The notes below the pieces were generated by a model. That model ran no database searches, was not told the origin of the DNA, and saw nothing but the letters and a program-made list of their open reading frames with translations. Of a stretch of 64,000 bases of DNA, positions 8,554 through 19,051 are shown one piece after another (position 1 is the stretch's first letter; every line of letters begins with the position of its first letter). Source of the DNA: an uncultured Alphaproteobacteria bacterium (GTDB lineage: Bacteria; Pseudomonadota; Alphaproteobacteria; Methylaequorales; Methylaequoraceae); the NCBI GenBank assembly GCA_964484795.1, contig CAZAFN010000005.1:273-64272 (forward strand). Direction: 5' to 3'. Made by a program: the position numbers and the translations under genes.

Positions 8554-9480
8554 CTAATTGACTTTTTTCCATTCCATTTTATTTGAGAAATTTATTTGAT
8601 TGTGCAAGAATTCTGCTTGACAGGTAGTGTCAATTCCATCGACAAAAGAAAACACGATACCGTTTGAAAAACTTTTAGCAACTGCTTTAACTTTTTCATT
8701 TGAATCATATACCAATGCCGAATCAAATGGATATTTTTTAATTTCATATCCATTTTTGTATTTGCCTGCTATCTGTTCAATATTGTTTTTCTCACTTTCT
8801 CGGTTAAAAAATAATTGAGCTATAGTTCCGTGGTTTTTCAATGACAATGTTCCAACAAAATATGGCGTTACATTCTCTAATTTGCTTGAATTAACTATTT
8901 CCATGTATTCTTCTACATCTCTTAATAAAAGTACAAACCTGTAATTAGTTGCTCCTAGATTATCAAGACATTCTTTTAAATTATTAATGTAACTAGTGCT
9001 TATTCCGAATCTTTTTGAAAAATCTTCTTTAGATGGTGCAAATTTCACAAGATTCTCCTGAGAGTTTGAAATTACAAACGTCTTTTGGATAAAATCATCC
9101 CTTATAAAATCTAAAAAACGTTTCCATAAATATGCATACTTATCTTTGAAATTTTGGTAGGTAGATTGATCAATCAATAATTCTTCGCCACTCTTCTCAA
9201 AATCATGAAAAAGCCATATTCCATTAATGCAAACAGCGTCTTTTTGTGAAATAGATTTCTTTAATAGACTCAATTCATTAACAGATGGTTGAAAAGCCTT
9301 TCCATCGTCATTTTTAAGTGACCTTAGTACAAATTCTTTCGTCACAACATTCCAATCATATGGCATGGAAACATCATTGGTATTTTCAAGAATCTCAATG
9401 GTAAACTTAGACTGGCATGAAAAACCAAGCGAAATGTAATTGTGTGGCAAATTATTCTTTATCATATAAATATATACCAA
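8554..9480 (-). CDS. DUF1796-like protein (putative papain-like fold), hypothetical
   Basis: The N-terminus HNYISLGFSCQSKFTIE...SMPYDWNVV resembles the ISLGxxC...PFDW opening of DUF1796 proteins, which are often found in surface-glycan loci. Similarity judged from memory only. Confidence 0.4.
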   Translation of the reverse strand: MVYIYMIKNNLPHNYISLGFSCQSKFTIEILENTNDVSMPYDWNVVTKEFVLRSLKNDDGKAFQPSVNELSLLKKSISQKDAVCINGIWLFHDFEKSGEELLIDQSTYQNFKDKYAYLWKRFLDFIRDDFIQKTFVISNSQENLVKFAPSKEDFSKRFGISTSYINNLKECLDNLGATNYRFVLLLRDVEEYMEIVNSSKLENVTPYFVGTLSLKNHGTIAQLFFNRESEKNNIEQIAGKYKNGYEIKKYPFDSALVYDSNEKVKAVAKSFSNGIVFSFVDGIDTTCQAEFLHNQINFSNKMEWKKVN

Positions 9481-9660
9481 AAGTATGATTTAAATATTCT
9501 TATTATACTTTTAAGTGCAATATTCGTGACAAATGTAGAGTTTTTAAAGTCTAATGCCTTACAACAATTTTTTTTATTAATCGAATGTTAGGCATACCAT
9601 TTATTTTATTTTTTGATAGTATTAACTCTCGTAATTAATTAACAGTGGAGGGTTGATTTA

Positions 9661-9792
9661 ATGAATGAAGATAATGAATGCGGATGTGGCCGATCTCCTA
9701 CAGGAAAGTGCATTGGATGGCATCTTTTGAGTGAGGAAGAATATAAAACAAAATTGGCTAATTACGAAAACAAAAAAGATTCAGAAAAATAG
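9661..9792 (+). CDS. Small Cys-containing protein, 43 aa (MNEDNECGCGRSPTGKCIGWHLLSEEEYKTKLANYENKKDSEK)
   Basis: The ATG is preceded by a strong SD (agtGGAGGgttgatttaATG), which is unusual in this genome. It lies in a 460-bp spacer and is below the ORF-track size cutoff. Confidence 0.35.
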   Translation: MNEDNECGCGRSPTGKCIGWHLLSEEEYKTKLANYENKKDSEK

Positions 9793-9944
9793 TTTTGAAT
9801 TTTATTGTTTAAACATCATTTAAAAAAACAAGAAAAATTACCCCAAAGACGATCAAAAACTGAATGATATTAAAAATCATTATCATTGACAAATCTAATT
9901 TAATAACTACATTTTTTATATAGTTAATTACAAGGAAAGTGTTT

Positions 9945-10370
9945 ATGAAAAGTTTTTTTTATTGTTTGTTTGTTTTATTCTTTGTGACCAGTGTAAACTC
10001 CGCTGACTTACAGATTGAAATGTTGAATAAGAGGGATGATGGTGCTCGAATGGTGTATAGTCAAGAAATAGCTAAAATTGATGCTGGGCAGACCATTGAA
10101 TGGGTCGCCAAAGACAAGGGGCATAATGTTGAAATGATAGTTGGTCCTGATGGTGCTGACTTGCCAAAAAAAAGTAAGTTAAGCAAAAATTTCTCCATGA
10201 AATTTGATGCTCCCGGAATTTATTTGTACAAGTGTACCCCTCATGTAGGACTAGGAATGATAGGTATTGTAGTCGTTGGAGGAGATAGTTCAAATAAAGA
10301 ATCCGTTGCCAAAGCAAAGTTATCTGGAAAATCAAAAAAAAAGAGAAACAAACTACTAGAAGGAATTTAG
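9945..10370 (+). CDS. Pseudoazurin / plastocyanin-like type-1 copper protein (cupredoxin)
   Basis: Signal peptide, then GHNVE...YLYKCTPHVGLGMIGIVVVG with the Cys-Thr-Pro-His...Met copper ligands. The true start is probably ATG 9945 with an AAGGAAAG SD; the track's 9939 is a GTG. Confidence 0.8.
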   Translation: MKSFFYCLFVLFFVTSVNSADLQIEMLNKRDDGARMVYSQEIAKIDAGQTIEWVAKDKGHNVEMIVGPDGADLPKKSKLSKNFSMKFDAPGIYLYKCTPHVGLGMIGIVVVGGDSSNKESVAKAKLSGKSKKKRNKLLEGI

Positions 10371-10397
10371 TTTTTAAAAATTAAATTCTGCTTTTTT

Positions 10398-11846
10398 CTA
10401 ATACGGCAACTTGCTGGCACCCATTAGGAATTTATCTACGCAATGTGCAACCTGTCTTCCCTCTCTAATGGCCCAAACTACTAGAGATTGTCCTCTTCTC
10501 ATATCACCAGAGACAAAGACTTTGCTTAGATTTGTTTTATAGTCTGAGTCATTAGCATGAACATTACCCCTATCATCCAGTACCAATCCTGAATTTTCAA
10601 TCAACTTATCTTTTATTGGATGCAAAAAACCCATGGCAAGCAACACTAGGTCTGCCTGAAGTGAAATTTCTGAATCTTTTCCGCGCATCTCACTCATTTC
10701 CATCTTACCATCACCGTTTTCATCCCACTGAATTTTCTTAAGTTTTAATCCCTTAACTTTCGTCCCATCACCTTCAAATGACTTTGTGGCCACACTCCAG
10801 TTTCTCTCAACCCCTTCTTCATGAGAAGATGAAGTTCTTAACTTTAATGGCCAATTAGGCCATGTCAGAAGCTTGTTTTCCTTGACTGGAGGTTTTTCAA
10901 GTATCTCTAACTGCGTAACTGATCTGGCTCCTTGTCTATTGGATGTTCCAATGCAATCAGAACCAGTATCACCTCCGCCTATTACCACAACATTCTTGTT
11001 TTTTGCAGAAAGTCTTTCATCAGCAGGTAATTTGTCACCCTCACATATTTTATTCTGACGAGTTAGGAAATCCATAGCAAAATGAACACCTTCTAGTTCT
11101 CTGCCGGGAATTTTTAAGTCTCTAGGTTCTTCAGAACCACACGCAAGAACAATGGCATCAAAATCTTTTTCTAATTCTTGGATTGATAGATTTTCTCCAA
11201 CTCGAACATTACATTCAAAAACTACTCCCTCTTTCTCCATTTGAATGATTCTTTTATCAATATAATGTTTTTCCATCTTGAAATTAGGAATCCCATATCT
11301 TAACAAACCTCCAATCCTATCATTTTTTTCAAAAACGACGACCTTATGTCCGGCTCTAGCAAGTTGTTGGGAACAAGCCAAGCCTGCCGGACCAGAACCA
11401 ACAACAGCTATTTTCTTATTAGTCTTTTCTATATTGGACTCAGGAACAACCCATCCTTCTTTATAACCTTTGTCTATAATAGATTTTTCAATGCTTTTTA
11501 TATTAACTGGACTATCTTCTATGTTTAACGTACAGGCAGCTTCACAAGGAGCCGGACATATTCGACCAGTAAATTCTGGGAAATTATTAGTGGAATGCAA
11601 AACCTCTAGAGCAATCTTCCAGTCTTTTTCATAGACCAATCCATTCCAGTCAGGAATAATGTTATTTATCGGACATGAGTTGTGACAATAGGGTATTCCA
11701 CAATCCATACATCTTGCCGCTTGCTGGTTTAGAGCATCATCAGACAAAGGTAGGACAAACTCATCAAAGTTGTTTATCCTTTTTGTAGGGGAGATTAAAT
11801 TGTTCTCAACTCTATCATATTCCAAAAAACCGGTTACTTTTGCCAT
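10398..11846 (-). CDS. gltD: Glutamate synthase (NADPH) small subunit
   Basis: N-terminal 4Fe-4S Cys cluster ([14 protein letters not shown]), FAD/NAD Rossmann motif [28 protein letters not shown], 482 aa, immediately downstream of gltB. Confidence 0.9.
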   Translation of the reverse strand: MAKVTGFLEYDRVENNLISPTKRINNFDEFVLPLSDDALNQQAARCMDCGIPYCHNSCPINNIIPDWNGLVYEKDWKIALEVLHSTNNFPEFTGRICPAPCEAACTLNIEDSPVNIKSIEKSIIDKGYKEGWVVPESNIEKTNKKIAVVGSGPAGLACSQQLARAGHKVVVFEKNDRIGGLLRYGIPNFKMEKHYIDKRIIQMEKEGVVFECNVRVGENLSIQELEKDFDAIVLACGSEEPRDLKIPGRELEGVHFAMDFLTRQNKICEGDKLPADERLSAKNKNVVVIGGGDTGSDCIGTSNRQGARSVTQLEILEKPPVKENKLLTWPNWPLKLRTSSSHEEGVERNWSVATKSFEGDGTKVKGLKLKKIQWDENGDGKMEMSEMRGKDSEISLQADLVLLAMGFLHPIKDKLIENSGLVLDDRGNVHANDSDYKTNLSKVFVSGDMRRGQSLVVWAIREGRQVAHCVDKFLMGASKLPY

Positions 11847-14800
11847 AATTTTTCATCCTCTGAACTAGTCTCTGAATGTTTTGACTTTTGTAATGCATTC
11901 TTAAAATCAATTGGCAGAACTTTTACAAACTTTTTTATATTCTCGTCAAACTTATCCAGAATCAATTTTGCCTTAAATGAATTTGTATAATTAACATGTC
12001 TATTTAACATTTCCTTGATTCTTAATTCATCATTTTCCAAAAGTGAGTATTTGTCAAAAATTTTCTCAGGATGATTAATTATTGATTTTTTAATTTTCAA
12101 AACCTCAACCATAGAAAAATTGCACTTTGATTTAAATTCTTCTTGCTCATCATATACATAGGCAATTCCACCACTCATTCCTGCCCCAAAATTCACACCT
12201 GTTTTGCCTAAGACCATTACAATGCCACCGGTCATATATTCACAACAATGATCACCTGTTCCTTCAACTATTGCAACGGCACCGGAATTTCTAACGGCAA
12301 ATCTTTCTCCTGCAATACCAGAAAAATAACATTCTCCTGATATTGCCCCATAAAGAACTGTGTTGCCTAAAATAATATTTTGGTGAGCTTCATATCCTGT
12401 CTTTTTAAAAGGTTTTATGGTTATTCTTCCACCTGACAAACCCTTGCCTACATAATCATTTGCCTCTCCTAAAAGATTAATGGTAATACCCCTTGATAAG
12501 AAAGTACCTAAACTCTGTCCTGCCGTTCCCTCAAGATTAATAACTATAGAATCCTCATTTAATCCCTTGAAACCGTATTTTTTTGCAATCTCTCCTGACA
12601 AAATAGCCCCAAAACTTCTATCAGTATTTCTTATTTTATGATTAATTTGTATGCTTTTTATCTTACCACCTATCACGCCTTGAGCCTCTTTAATGATTTT
12701 ATGGTCAATCGCTTTATGAACGTCATGCTCTTGGAATGATGAATTGAAATTTTCTTCTTGAGAATCAGTAGGAGGCTTCCAAAGGATTTTGGACAAGTCT
12801 ATATCTTTAGCTTTCCAATGGTCTATTACATCTTGCTTACACAATAGATCTGACTTTCCTATTAAATTTTTAAATTTTGCAATTCCTAATTCAGCCATAA
12901 TTTCTCTAACCTCTTCCGCCACAAGGAAAAAATAGTTTATGACATTCTCTGGTGTTCCTTTAAATTTTTTTCTTAATACTTTATTCTGAGTAGCTATTCC
13001 AACTGGACATGTGTTTAAATGACATTTTCTCATCATTATACAGCCTACCGAAACCAAAGGTGCGGTTGAGAAGCCAAATTCATCTGCACCAAGAATTGCA
13101 CCCACAATAACATCCCTCCCTGTTTTCAGACCACCATCAACTTGCAGTGAAATCCTATTCCTTAGTTTGTTGAGAACTAAAGTTTGGTGCGTTTCTGCCA
13201 GGCCTAATTCCCAAGGACTTCCAGCATTTTTTATTGATGTTAAAGGCGATGCTCCCGTTCCTCCGTCATAGCCTGAAATCGTTATGTGATCGGCTTTGCA
13301 TTTAGTTACACCCGCAGCAACAACTCCAACTCCAAACTCAGAAACAAGTTTTACACTTATTCTAGCATTACTGTTAACACTCTTTAAATCAAATATTAAC
13401 TGGGCAAGATCTTCAATAGAATAGATGTCATGATGTGGTGGGGGTGAAATCAGACCTACGCCAGGCGTTGAGTGCCTGACTTCTGCAATTTTTTCATCTA
13501 CCTTATGCCCTGGAAGTTGTCCACCTTCACCAGGTTTTGCTCCTTGACATATCTTAATTTGAATATCATTTGCATTTACTAGGTACTCTGTCGTAACTCC
13601 AAACCTACCTGATGCCACTTGTTTAATGGCACTCCTCATTGAATCACCATTTTTTAATGGTAAAAACCTCTCGCGTTCCTCACCACCTTCTCCTGTATTG
13701 GACTTTCCACCGATTCTATTCATAGCTAGTGCTAGAGTAGTATGAGCTTCTTTTGAAATGGATCCAAACGACATTGCACCTGTTGAAAATCTTTTAACTA
13801 TTTCCTGTGCACTTTCCACTTTTTCTAAGGGTATGCTCTGTTTTGAATCTTTAAATTTGAACAAACTTCTAATGGTAAATAATGATTTATTGTGGTCATT
13901 AATTTCTTTTGAGAATTCCTGAAATGATTCTTTAGAGTTAATCCTGACTGCTTTTTGAAGATTTGTTATTGTTGATGGTGACCATGCATGTTTTTCTCCG
14001 CTTATTCTAAAAGCATATTCGCCTCCCTCATCTAAATTTATTTCCCTTAAATTACTACTAATGTTCTTTCTATATCTTTCTACCGTTTCTTGTTGAATCT
14101 GTCCTAAATTCATCCCTCCAATTAGTGATGCTGTACCACAAAAATATCTGTCTATCACTTCTTCAGAAATGCCTATGGCGTCAAATATTTGTGCGCCACA
14201 GTAAGATTTAAGTGTAGAAATTCCCATTTTAGACATAATCTTGAGAATCGCCTTGCCTGATGCCTTTATAAAATTCTCCTGTGCTTTCTTATAACCTGCT
14301 TCTCCTACCAAATTACTGATTGTATTAAAAACTAAGTAAGGATTTATTGCCTCTACACCATATCCAGCTAGAACCGCAAAATGATGTAATTCTCTAGCCT
14401 CTCCCGTTTCAACCACTAGACTTATTTTCATTCTAAGTCCCTCCTTGATCAAAAAATGATGGACCGCTGATGCAGCAAGAAGCGTTGGGATAGGAACATA
14501 ATCATTGGAGATGTTTTTATCAGACAAAATCAGAATGTTTTTACCATTAATAATTTGTGATTTGGCTTCATTGCAAATTTTTTCTATTGCACTTTCTAGT
14601 TCATTCGAATCATCAGAATTTTTGAACAAAACATCTATGACTGCAGATTTTAATTTACCATTTGTCGATTTATCAATATTGATTATTGAGTTGATATCTT
14701 CATTTGTAAGTATTGGTTGATCAAGTTCTAACCTAAAACAATTGTTATTTTCTGGGTGGGAAAAAATATTAGGTTTAGGGCCCAGCGAAATATTTAAAGA

Positions 14801-16396
14801 CATAACCAATTCTTCTCTTATTGGATCTATTGGAGGATTTGTTACTTGGGCAAAACATTGCTTAAAATATGAGTATAAAAGTTTTGGTCTTTCGCACAAA
14901 AGTGAAATAGGGGTATCAGTACCCATAGAACCAATTGGTTCTGTGCCAGAACTGGAAATTGGGTCTATGAAGAATGAAATATCTTCCTTGGTATAGCCAA
15001 AGGCTAGTTGATATTTCTTTAGATTATTTTCAGATAAAAACTCATTTTTTTCCGAATTTGTCATTTCAGTAAGAAAAACCTGATTTTTCTTTAAGTATGA
15101 CTCATACTTGTATTTACTAGCATATTTTTTCTTCAATTCATCATTTTGCACTATTTTCTTTTTTTCTAGATCTATAAGAAACAGTTTTCCTGGCTCAAGC
15201 CTCCACCTCTTTTTAACTTTCTTTGGTGGCACGTCTAAAACTCCCATCTCTGATGAAAGTAGTACTAATCCATCATCTGTAATTAAGTATCTTGAGGGTC
15301 GAAGACCGTTCCTATCAAGCACACCACCAATCTTTTTCCCATCAGTAAAACACATTGCAGCAGGACCATCCCATGGCTCTATAAAATTAGAGTGATAGTC
15401 AAAATACGAGTTAAGTTCTTTGGTTTGATGTTTATTTTTTTCCCATGCCTCAGGTATTAGCAACATCATAGCCTCTTCTATATCATATCCGCCTATAATT
15501 AGGTACTCTAGTGCATTGTCAAAAGCGGCAGAATCAGACACATCGTCAAAAATAAGTGGATTAATATTCTTTAATTCCTCTGTAAAATGCTCTGAACTTG
15601 ATATTCTTGCTCTCGCGTTCATCCAATTGACATTACCTCTTAAAGTATTTATTTCTCCATTATGACATAAATATCTAAATGGTTGGGCTAGTTCCCAACT
15701 TGGAAATGTGTTGGTAGAGAATCTTTGATGAACTATTGCTAGAGATGATACGAATAATTCATCTTTCAGGTCAGTAAAGTAATCTTTCAAACTGTCTGAC
15801 ATAATCATACCTTTGTAATTGAGAACTCTACTAGATAGAGAAGCTACATAGAAATCGTATGATTTCAATGCAATTTCCATATTTCTTCTTGCAAGAAATA
15901 ACTTGAATTCAAATTCCTTGGTAGTTTTCAATTTTTTTGATGGTTTGACAAAAAACTGCAGAATCCTTGGTTCATTTCCAACTATTGAGAATCCTAGCAC
16001 TGCTTTCTCTGTGGGAACAGGCCTAATGAATATGGTTTCCATTCCAAACTGTTTGAAATATTTATTAATTATATTGTTACAATGTTTGCTTTCGTCTTTA
16101 TTAATAGGCAGAAAAAACATTCCTACAGCATAATCTTCATTCCTTGGAAGGATAACATTATGATTTGACAATTCCCTCTGAAAGAATTCATGGGGTATTT
16201 GCGTTAAAATCCCTACACCATCTCCAGCTTTAGGATCAGCACTGACAGCCCCTCTATGAGTAAGATTACATAAAATATTCAAAGCATTATCAATGATATT
16301 TCTAGATGGAATATCATATATGTTAGCAACAAAGCCAATTCCACATGAATCTTTCTCATTGGATGAACTATATAAACCTGTATTTTTTTTCAACAT
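11834..16396 (-). CDS. gltB: Glutamate synthase large subunit
   Basis: 1520 aa with N-terminal amidotransferase Cys ([10 protein letters not shown]), FMN and GXGXG domains. It overlaps the gltD start by 13 nt. Confidence 0.95.
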   Translation of the reverse strand: MLKKNTGLYSSSNEKDSCGIGFVANIYDIPSRNIIDNALNILCNLTHRGAVSADPKAGDGVGILTQIPHEFFQRELSNHNVILPRNEDYAVGMFFLPINKDESKHCNNIINKYFKQFGMETIFIRPVPTEKAVLGFSIVGNEPRILQFFVKPSKKLKTTKEFEFKLFLARRNMEIALKSYDFYVASLSSRVLNYKGMIMSDSLKDYFTDLKDELFVSSLAIVHQRFSTNTFPSWELAQPFRYLCHNGEINTLRGNVNWMNARARISSSEHFTEELKNINPLIFDDVSDSAAFDNALEYLIIGGYDIEEAMMLLIPEAWEKNKHQTKELNSYFDYHSNFIEPWDGPAAMCFTDGKKIGGVLDRNGLRPSRYLITDDGLVLLSSEMGVLDVPPKKVKKRWRLEPGKLFLIDLEKKKIVQNDELKKKYASKYKYESYLKKNQVFLTEMTNSEKNEFLSENNLKKYQLAFGYTKEDISFFIDPISSSGTEPIGSMGTDTPISLLCERPKLLYSYFKQCFAQVTNPPIDPIREELVMSLNISLGPKPNIFSHPENNNCFRLELDQPILTNEDINSIINIDKSTNGKLKSAVIDVLFKNSDDSNELESAIEKICNEAKSQIINGKNILILSDKNISNDYVPIPTLLAASAVHHFLIKEGLRMKISLVVETGEARELHHFAVLAGYGVEAINPYLVFNTISNLVGEAGYKKAQENFIKASGKAILKIMSKMGISTLKSYCGAQIFDAIGISEEVIDRYFCGTASLIGGMNLGQIQQETVERYRKNISSNLREINLDEGGEYAFRISGEKHAWSPSTITNLQKAVRINSKESFQEFSKEINDHNKSLFTIRSLFKFKDSKQSIPLEKVESAQEIVKRFSTGAMSFGSISKEAHTTLALAMNRIGGKSNTGEGGEERERFLPLKNGDSMRSAIKQVASGRFGVTTEYLVNANDIQIKICQGAKPGEGGQLPGHKVDEKIAEVRHSTPGVGLISPPPHHDIYSIEDLAQLIFDLKSVNSNARISVKLVSEFGVGVVAAGVTKCKADHITISGYDGGTGASPLTSIKNAGSPWELGLAETHQTLVLNKLRNRISLQVDGGLKTGRDVIVGAILGADEFGFSTAPLVSVGCIMMRKCHLNTCPVGIATQNKVLRKKFKGTPENVINYFFLVAEEVREIMAELGIAKFKNLIGKSDLLCKQDVIDHWKAKDIDLSKILWKPPTDSQEENFNSSFQEHDVHKAIDHKIIKEAQGVIGGKIKSIQINHKIRNTDRSFGAILSGEIAKKYGFKGLNEDSIVINLEGTAGQSLGTFLSRGITINLLGEANDYVGKGLSGGRITIKPFKKTGYEAHQNIILGNTVLYGAISGECYFSGIAGERFAVRNSGAVAIVEGTGDHCCEYMTGGIVMVLGKTGVNFGAGMSGGIAYVYDEQEEFKSKCNFSMVEVLKIKKSIINHPEKIFDKYSLLENDELRIKEMLNRHVNYTNSFKAKLILDKFDENIKKFVKVLPIDFKNALQKSKHSETSSEDEKLWQK

Positions 16397-16447
16397 TCTC
16401 TAGTATTATCTAATTAGATTTAGATGATTAATCAATATAATTCAATT

Positions 16448-16467
16448 ATTATGTCAGATTATGTCAG
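16448..16467. repeat. Perfect 10-bp tandem duplication (attatgtcag x2) about 55-75 nt upstream of the gltB start codon on the minus strand
   Basis: 16448-16457 and 16458-16467 are identical. The repeat overlaps the stop codon of ORF 16464..17174. Confidence 0.6.
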
Positions 16468-17174
16468 TCATCCACTACCATGGTTTTTTCATAAAAAATC
16501 CTTCCCATTGTTTCAGAATTAGATTTTTCTTCCCTAGTAAGTTTTATTAGACCATAATCTCTTGAAAACCAAGCATTTGAAGTTATTTCAATGTTTATAT
16601 TACCTAAAGGGGGGCCAGCGTTGTAGCTTGTGGTTCCCTTCCCAACAACTTTGACACAATTCCTGAACTTTCTTCCTTCAAGATTAACCGTTACGTTAGT
16701 TTCAACTATTTTATTTTGCAATTCAAAATTGAGTAACGTTTCAAATATTCTATCAAATCCAAACTTCATTATTATCGTTGTTTGATCACGTGTTTTCCAA
16801 CTTGCACCATTTTTTATGGGAAATTTTAATAATAAATTTCCTTTCTCAAAAGCCATCTTGTTTTTTGGTTTTTTAGCTAATTCACTCTGAATATATTCTA
16901 TTTCTTCAATCTTTATTCCCTGCTTAATAAACTTGTAATAAATTACTTTTCCATCATTTCTCAAATGTGGAAAAAATTCACCATTTTTCTTTGGCAAAAA
17001 AACATAATTCTGTCTAAAATTTTGTGTTTTTTTTTCTTTATTTTCGTAATTTACTTTGTAGAAAATTTTTCGCCCTTCTTCAGTAGGGAAAAAATCACTC
17101 TCATCACCACATGAATGCAAAAGAAAAATCGCAAACAAAAAAAATAGTTCTTTACAATTAATGTGTGTATACAC
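16464..17174 (-). CDS. Hypothetical lipoprotein
   Basis: Signal peptide with a lipobox-like LLHSCG; no recognisable domain. Confidence 0.5.
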   Translation of the reverse strand: MYTHINCKELFFLFAIFLLHSCGDESDFFPTEEGRKIFYKVNYENKEKKTQNFRQNYVFLPKKNGEFFPHLRNDGKVIYYKFIKQGIKIEEIEYIQSELAKKPKNKMAFEKGNLLLKFPIKNGASWKTRDQTTIIMKFGFDRIFETLLNFELQNKIVETNVTVNLEGRKFRNCVKVVGKGTTSYNAGPPLGNINIEITSNAWFSRDYGLIKLTREEKSNSETMGRIFYEKTMVVDD

Positions 17175-17261
17175 TATTTTAGCAAAATCCTCTATTTATA
17201 GCGTTTTTTATTGCGTTTTCGTGGGTTTCAATATTTTGATGTATATGCACTTATATTTTAT

Positions 17262-17867
17262 TTAATCTTCTTCTTTGACTAGTCTAGTAAGCCCCAACTT
17301 GTATTCTATTGCATTGCAGAGCATCTGACCAATCATAATATGCATCTCTTGAATCCTTGAAGTATTCGTAGCTGGAACAGAAATTATTTCATCTGAATGT
17401 TTTTTTAAAGCTTCTATATTCCTACCAGTAAAAGCTATGCATTTTAATCCCATTTTTTTTGCTTCTTTAAAACCATTGATGATGTTTCTACTTTTTCCAG
17501 ATGTGGAAATGCCAATTGCAACGTCTCCTGAACAACCCAATGCTTGAACTTGTCTCGAAAAAATAAATTCGAATCCAAAATCATTCCCTATTGCTGTTAA
17601 TGCAGATGTATCCGTAGCTAGTGAAATTGCAGCTATCGGGTTTCTGTTTTTAGAAAATCGTACTGTAAGTTCTGTAGATAAGTGTTGAGCATCTGCGGCA
17701 CTACCGCCATTCCCGAATATTAATAATTTTCCACTTTTTTTTAAGCATTCAATGCAAATTTTAACAGAATTTACAAATGGCTTACATAGTATGTCATTAG
17801 ATCTGTTTGCTACCCTAATGTGCTCTTCTATTTGCAGATTAAAAAATTTTTCTAAGTTGTCATCCAT
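17262..17867 (-). CDS. gmhA: SIS-domain phosphoheptose isomerase (GmhA/DiaA family)
   Basis: LLIFGNGGSAADAQHLSTELTVRF plus ...GISTSGKSRNII. The tracked start at 17894 overlaps tRNA-Arg by 12 nt. The internal Met (M10, ATG at 17867) has GAGGA 7 nt upstream and puts ~50 aa before GNGGS, as in E. coli GmhA. Confidence 0.7.
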   Translation of the reverse strand: MDDNLEKFFNLQIEEHIRVANRSNDILCKPFVNSVKICIECLKKSGKLLIFGNGGSAADAQHLSTELTVRFSKNRNPIAAISLATDTSALTAIGNDFGFEFIFSRQVQALGCSGDVAIGISTSGKSRNIINGFKEAKKMGLKCIAFTGRNIEALKKHSDEIISVPATNTSRIQEMHIMIGQMLCNAIEYKLGLTRLVKEED

Positions 17868-17882
17868 TCTCATTTCCTCAAA

Positions 17883-17958
17883 TGGCGATCTCATCTGGAC
17901 TCGAACCAGAAACTAATCCTTAGGAGGGATTTGTTATATCCAGTTTAACTATGAGACC
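17883..17958 (-). tRNA. tRNA-Arg (anticodon CCU), 76 nt with encoded CCA
   Basis: The minus-strand sequence is GGTCTCA-TA-GTTA-AACTGGATA-TAAC-A-AATCC-CTCCTAA-GGATT-AGTT-TCTGG-TTCGAGT-CCAGA-TGAGATC-G-CCA. I folded it by hand into a cloverleaf with a 7-bp acceptor stem (one G-U pair), a 4-bp D stem, a 5-bp anticodon stem with U33 and the CCU anticodon, and a T-loop TTCGAGT. Confidence 0.9.
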
Positions 17959-17970
17959 GTCATTTATCCA

Positions 17971-18480
17971 TTATCTTAAAGGTATTTGGTACTTTAAAAC
18001 CAAAGTCTCTGAACCAGGGTTTCTGTAACCACTGTCAGCATTAGAAATATGAAAAATACCAACACCTAACCTAGTATTATTCTTAAATCTGTGAAACATA
18101 TCAATTCCAATGTAAAATTCTAGAGGGTTTCCTGCCTTAATTTCATGTCCATCCTTATAATATCCACAAGCAACACTTGGGGTTACAACAAAATTTTTTT
18201 TTTTGCCATAATATCCATCTATTCCAAACCCACCATAGGCATAATAAGTGTTTTCACTAGTTCCAAGGAAACCTGCAAATGGCTTAATCACATTAAACAA
18301 TTTCTCTCCGCTATGGATTTCTAAATTAATCATCTGAGATTGATCATTATGTGGTGGAGTACCATCCTCCATAAAGTTAAATTGACCCACGCCTACTGAA
18401 AGTCTGCGAGAATCTTTTGCAAAAGAAATGCTTGAACTCAACATTACTAATAAAAAAAAAATATTTCTTATAAAACTCAT
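17971..18480 (-). CDS. PagL-like outer-membrane lipid A deacylase-family beta-barrel protein (paralog 1)
   Basis: Signal peptide. The C-terminus GVGIFHISNADSGYRNPGSETLVLKYQIP carries the His/Ser (HxSN) catalytic-type block of PagL-family 8-strand barrels. It sits in tandem with a 45%-like paralog. Confidence 0.5.
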   Translation of the reverse strand: MSFIRNIFFLLVMLSSSISFAKDSRRLSVGVGQFNFMEDGTPPHNDQSQMINLEIHSGEKLFNVIKPFAGFLGTSENTYYAYGGFGIDGYYGKKKNFVVTPSVACGYYKDGHEIKAGNPLEFYIGIDMFHRFKNNTRLGVGIFHISNADSGYRNPGSETLVLKYQIPLR

Positions 18481-18491
18481 AACATTTAAAA

Positions 18492-19007
18492 CTAAAATGG
18501 AATTTGATATTTAAAGATAACTTGCTCTGACCCAGGGTTTCTATATCCTAACCCAGCATTTGAAATGTGAAAGACACCCACCCCAACTCTAACATTATTC
18601 CTAAACCTATACATAAAGTCACCTCCACTTCGAAATTCTATTGTATTCCCCAATCTAATTTGATCACCATCTTCATAAGCACCTACCGCTAAACTAGGAG
18701 TTAACACAAAACATTTACATCTAGCAAAGTAAAGATCCGTTGAAAGACCAAAATATGCATAGTATGCAGACTCATCTGTCCCAAGAAATCCAACCAGGGG
18801 TCTAATAAAGCCTAAAGCTTTTTTTCCTGAAAACAACTCAACATTATAAGCTATAGAGTCCTGGTTGTAACCTTGACTTCCGTGCTTCATAAAATTATAT
18901 TTGCCTGCTCCTAAAGACAATCTACTCTTGTTATCTTTTGCCAACAATGCAAATGTTGGAAATAGAAATATTATCAAGAAAAATTTAAGCTTTAATAAAA
19001 TATTCAT
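18492..19007 (-). CDS. PagL-like outer-membrane protein (paralog 2)
   Basis: The C-terminus GVGVFHISNAGLGYRNPGSEQVIFKYQIPF is clearly homologous to 17971..18480. Confidence 0.5.
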   Translation of the reverse strand: MNILLKLKFFLIIFLFPTFALLAKDNKSRLSLGAGKYNFMKHGSQGYNQDSIAYNVELFSGKKALGFIRPLVGFLGTDESAYYAYFGLSTDLYFARCKCFVLTPSLAVGAYEDGDQIRLGNTIEFRSGGDFMYRFRNNVRVGVGVFHISNAGLGYRNPGSEQVIFKYQIPF

Positions 19008-19051
19008 AAACCCCTATTATATTAAAAAAAATAAAAAATTAATATTTAATA

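Noticed and set aside
9550-9612. The hairpin at ~9550-9600 as an intrinsic terminator
   Set aside because: It has a T-run on the plus strand, but there is no convergent plus-strand gene ending nearby. The upstream plus gene ends at 8525, and the adjacent gene is minus-strand with its 5' end here. It is more likely a 5'-leader or regulatory structure, so I report it as an observation, not a terminator.
14505-16133. Plus-strand ORFs 14505..14720, 14742..14996, 15108..15395 and 15903..16133
   Set aside because: They lie entirely inside and antisense to the 1520-aa gltB gene, which has unambiguous homology throughout. They are typical shadow ORFs.
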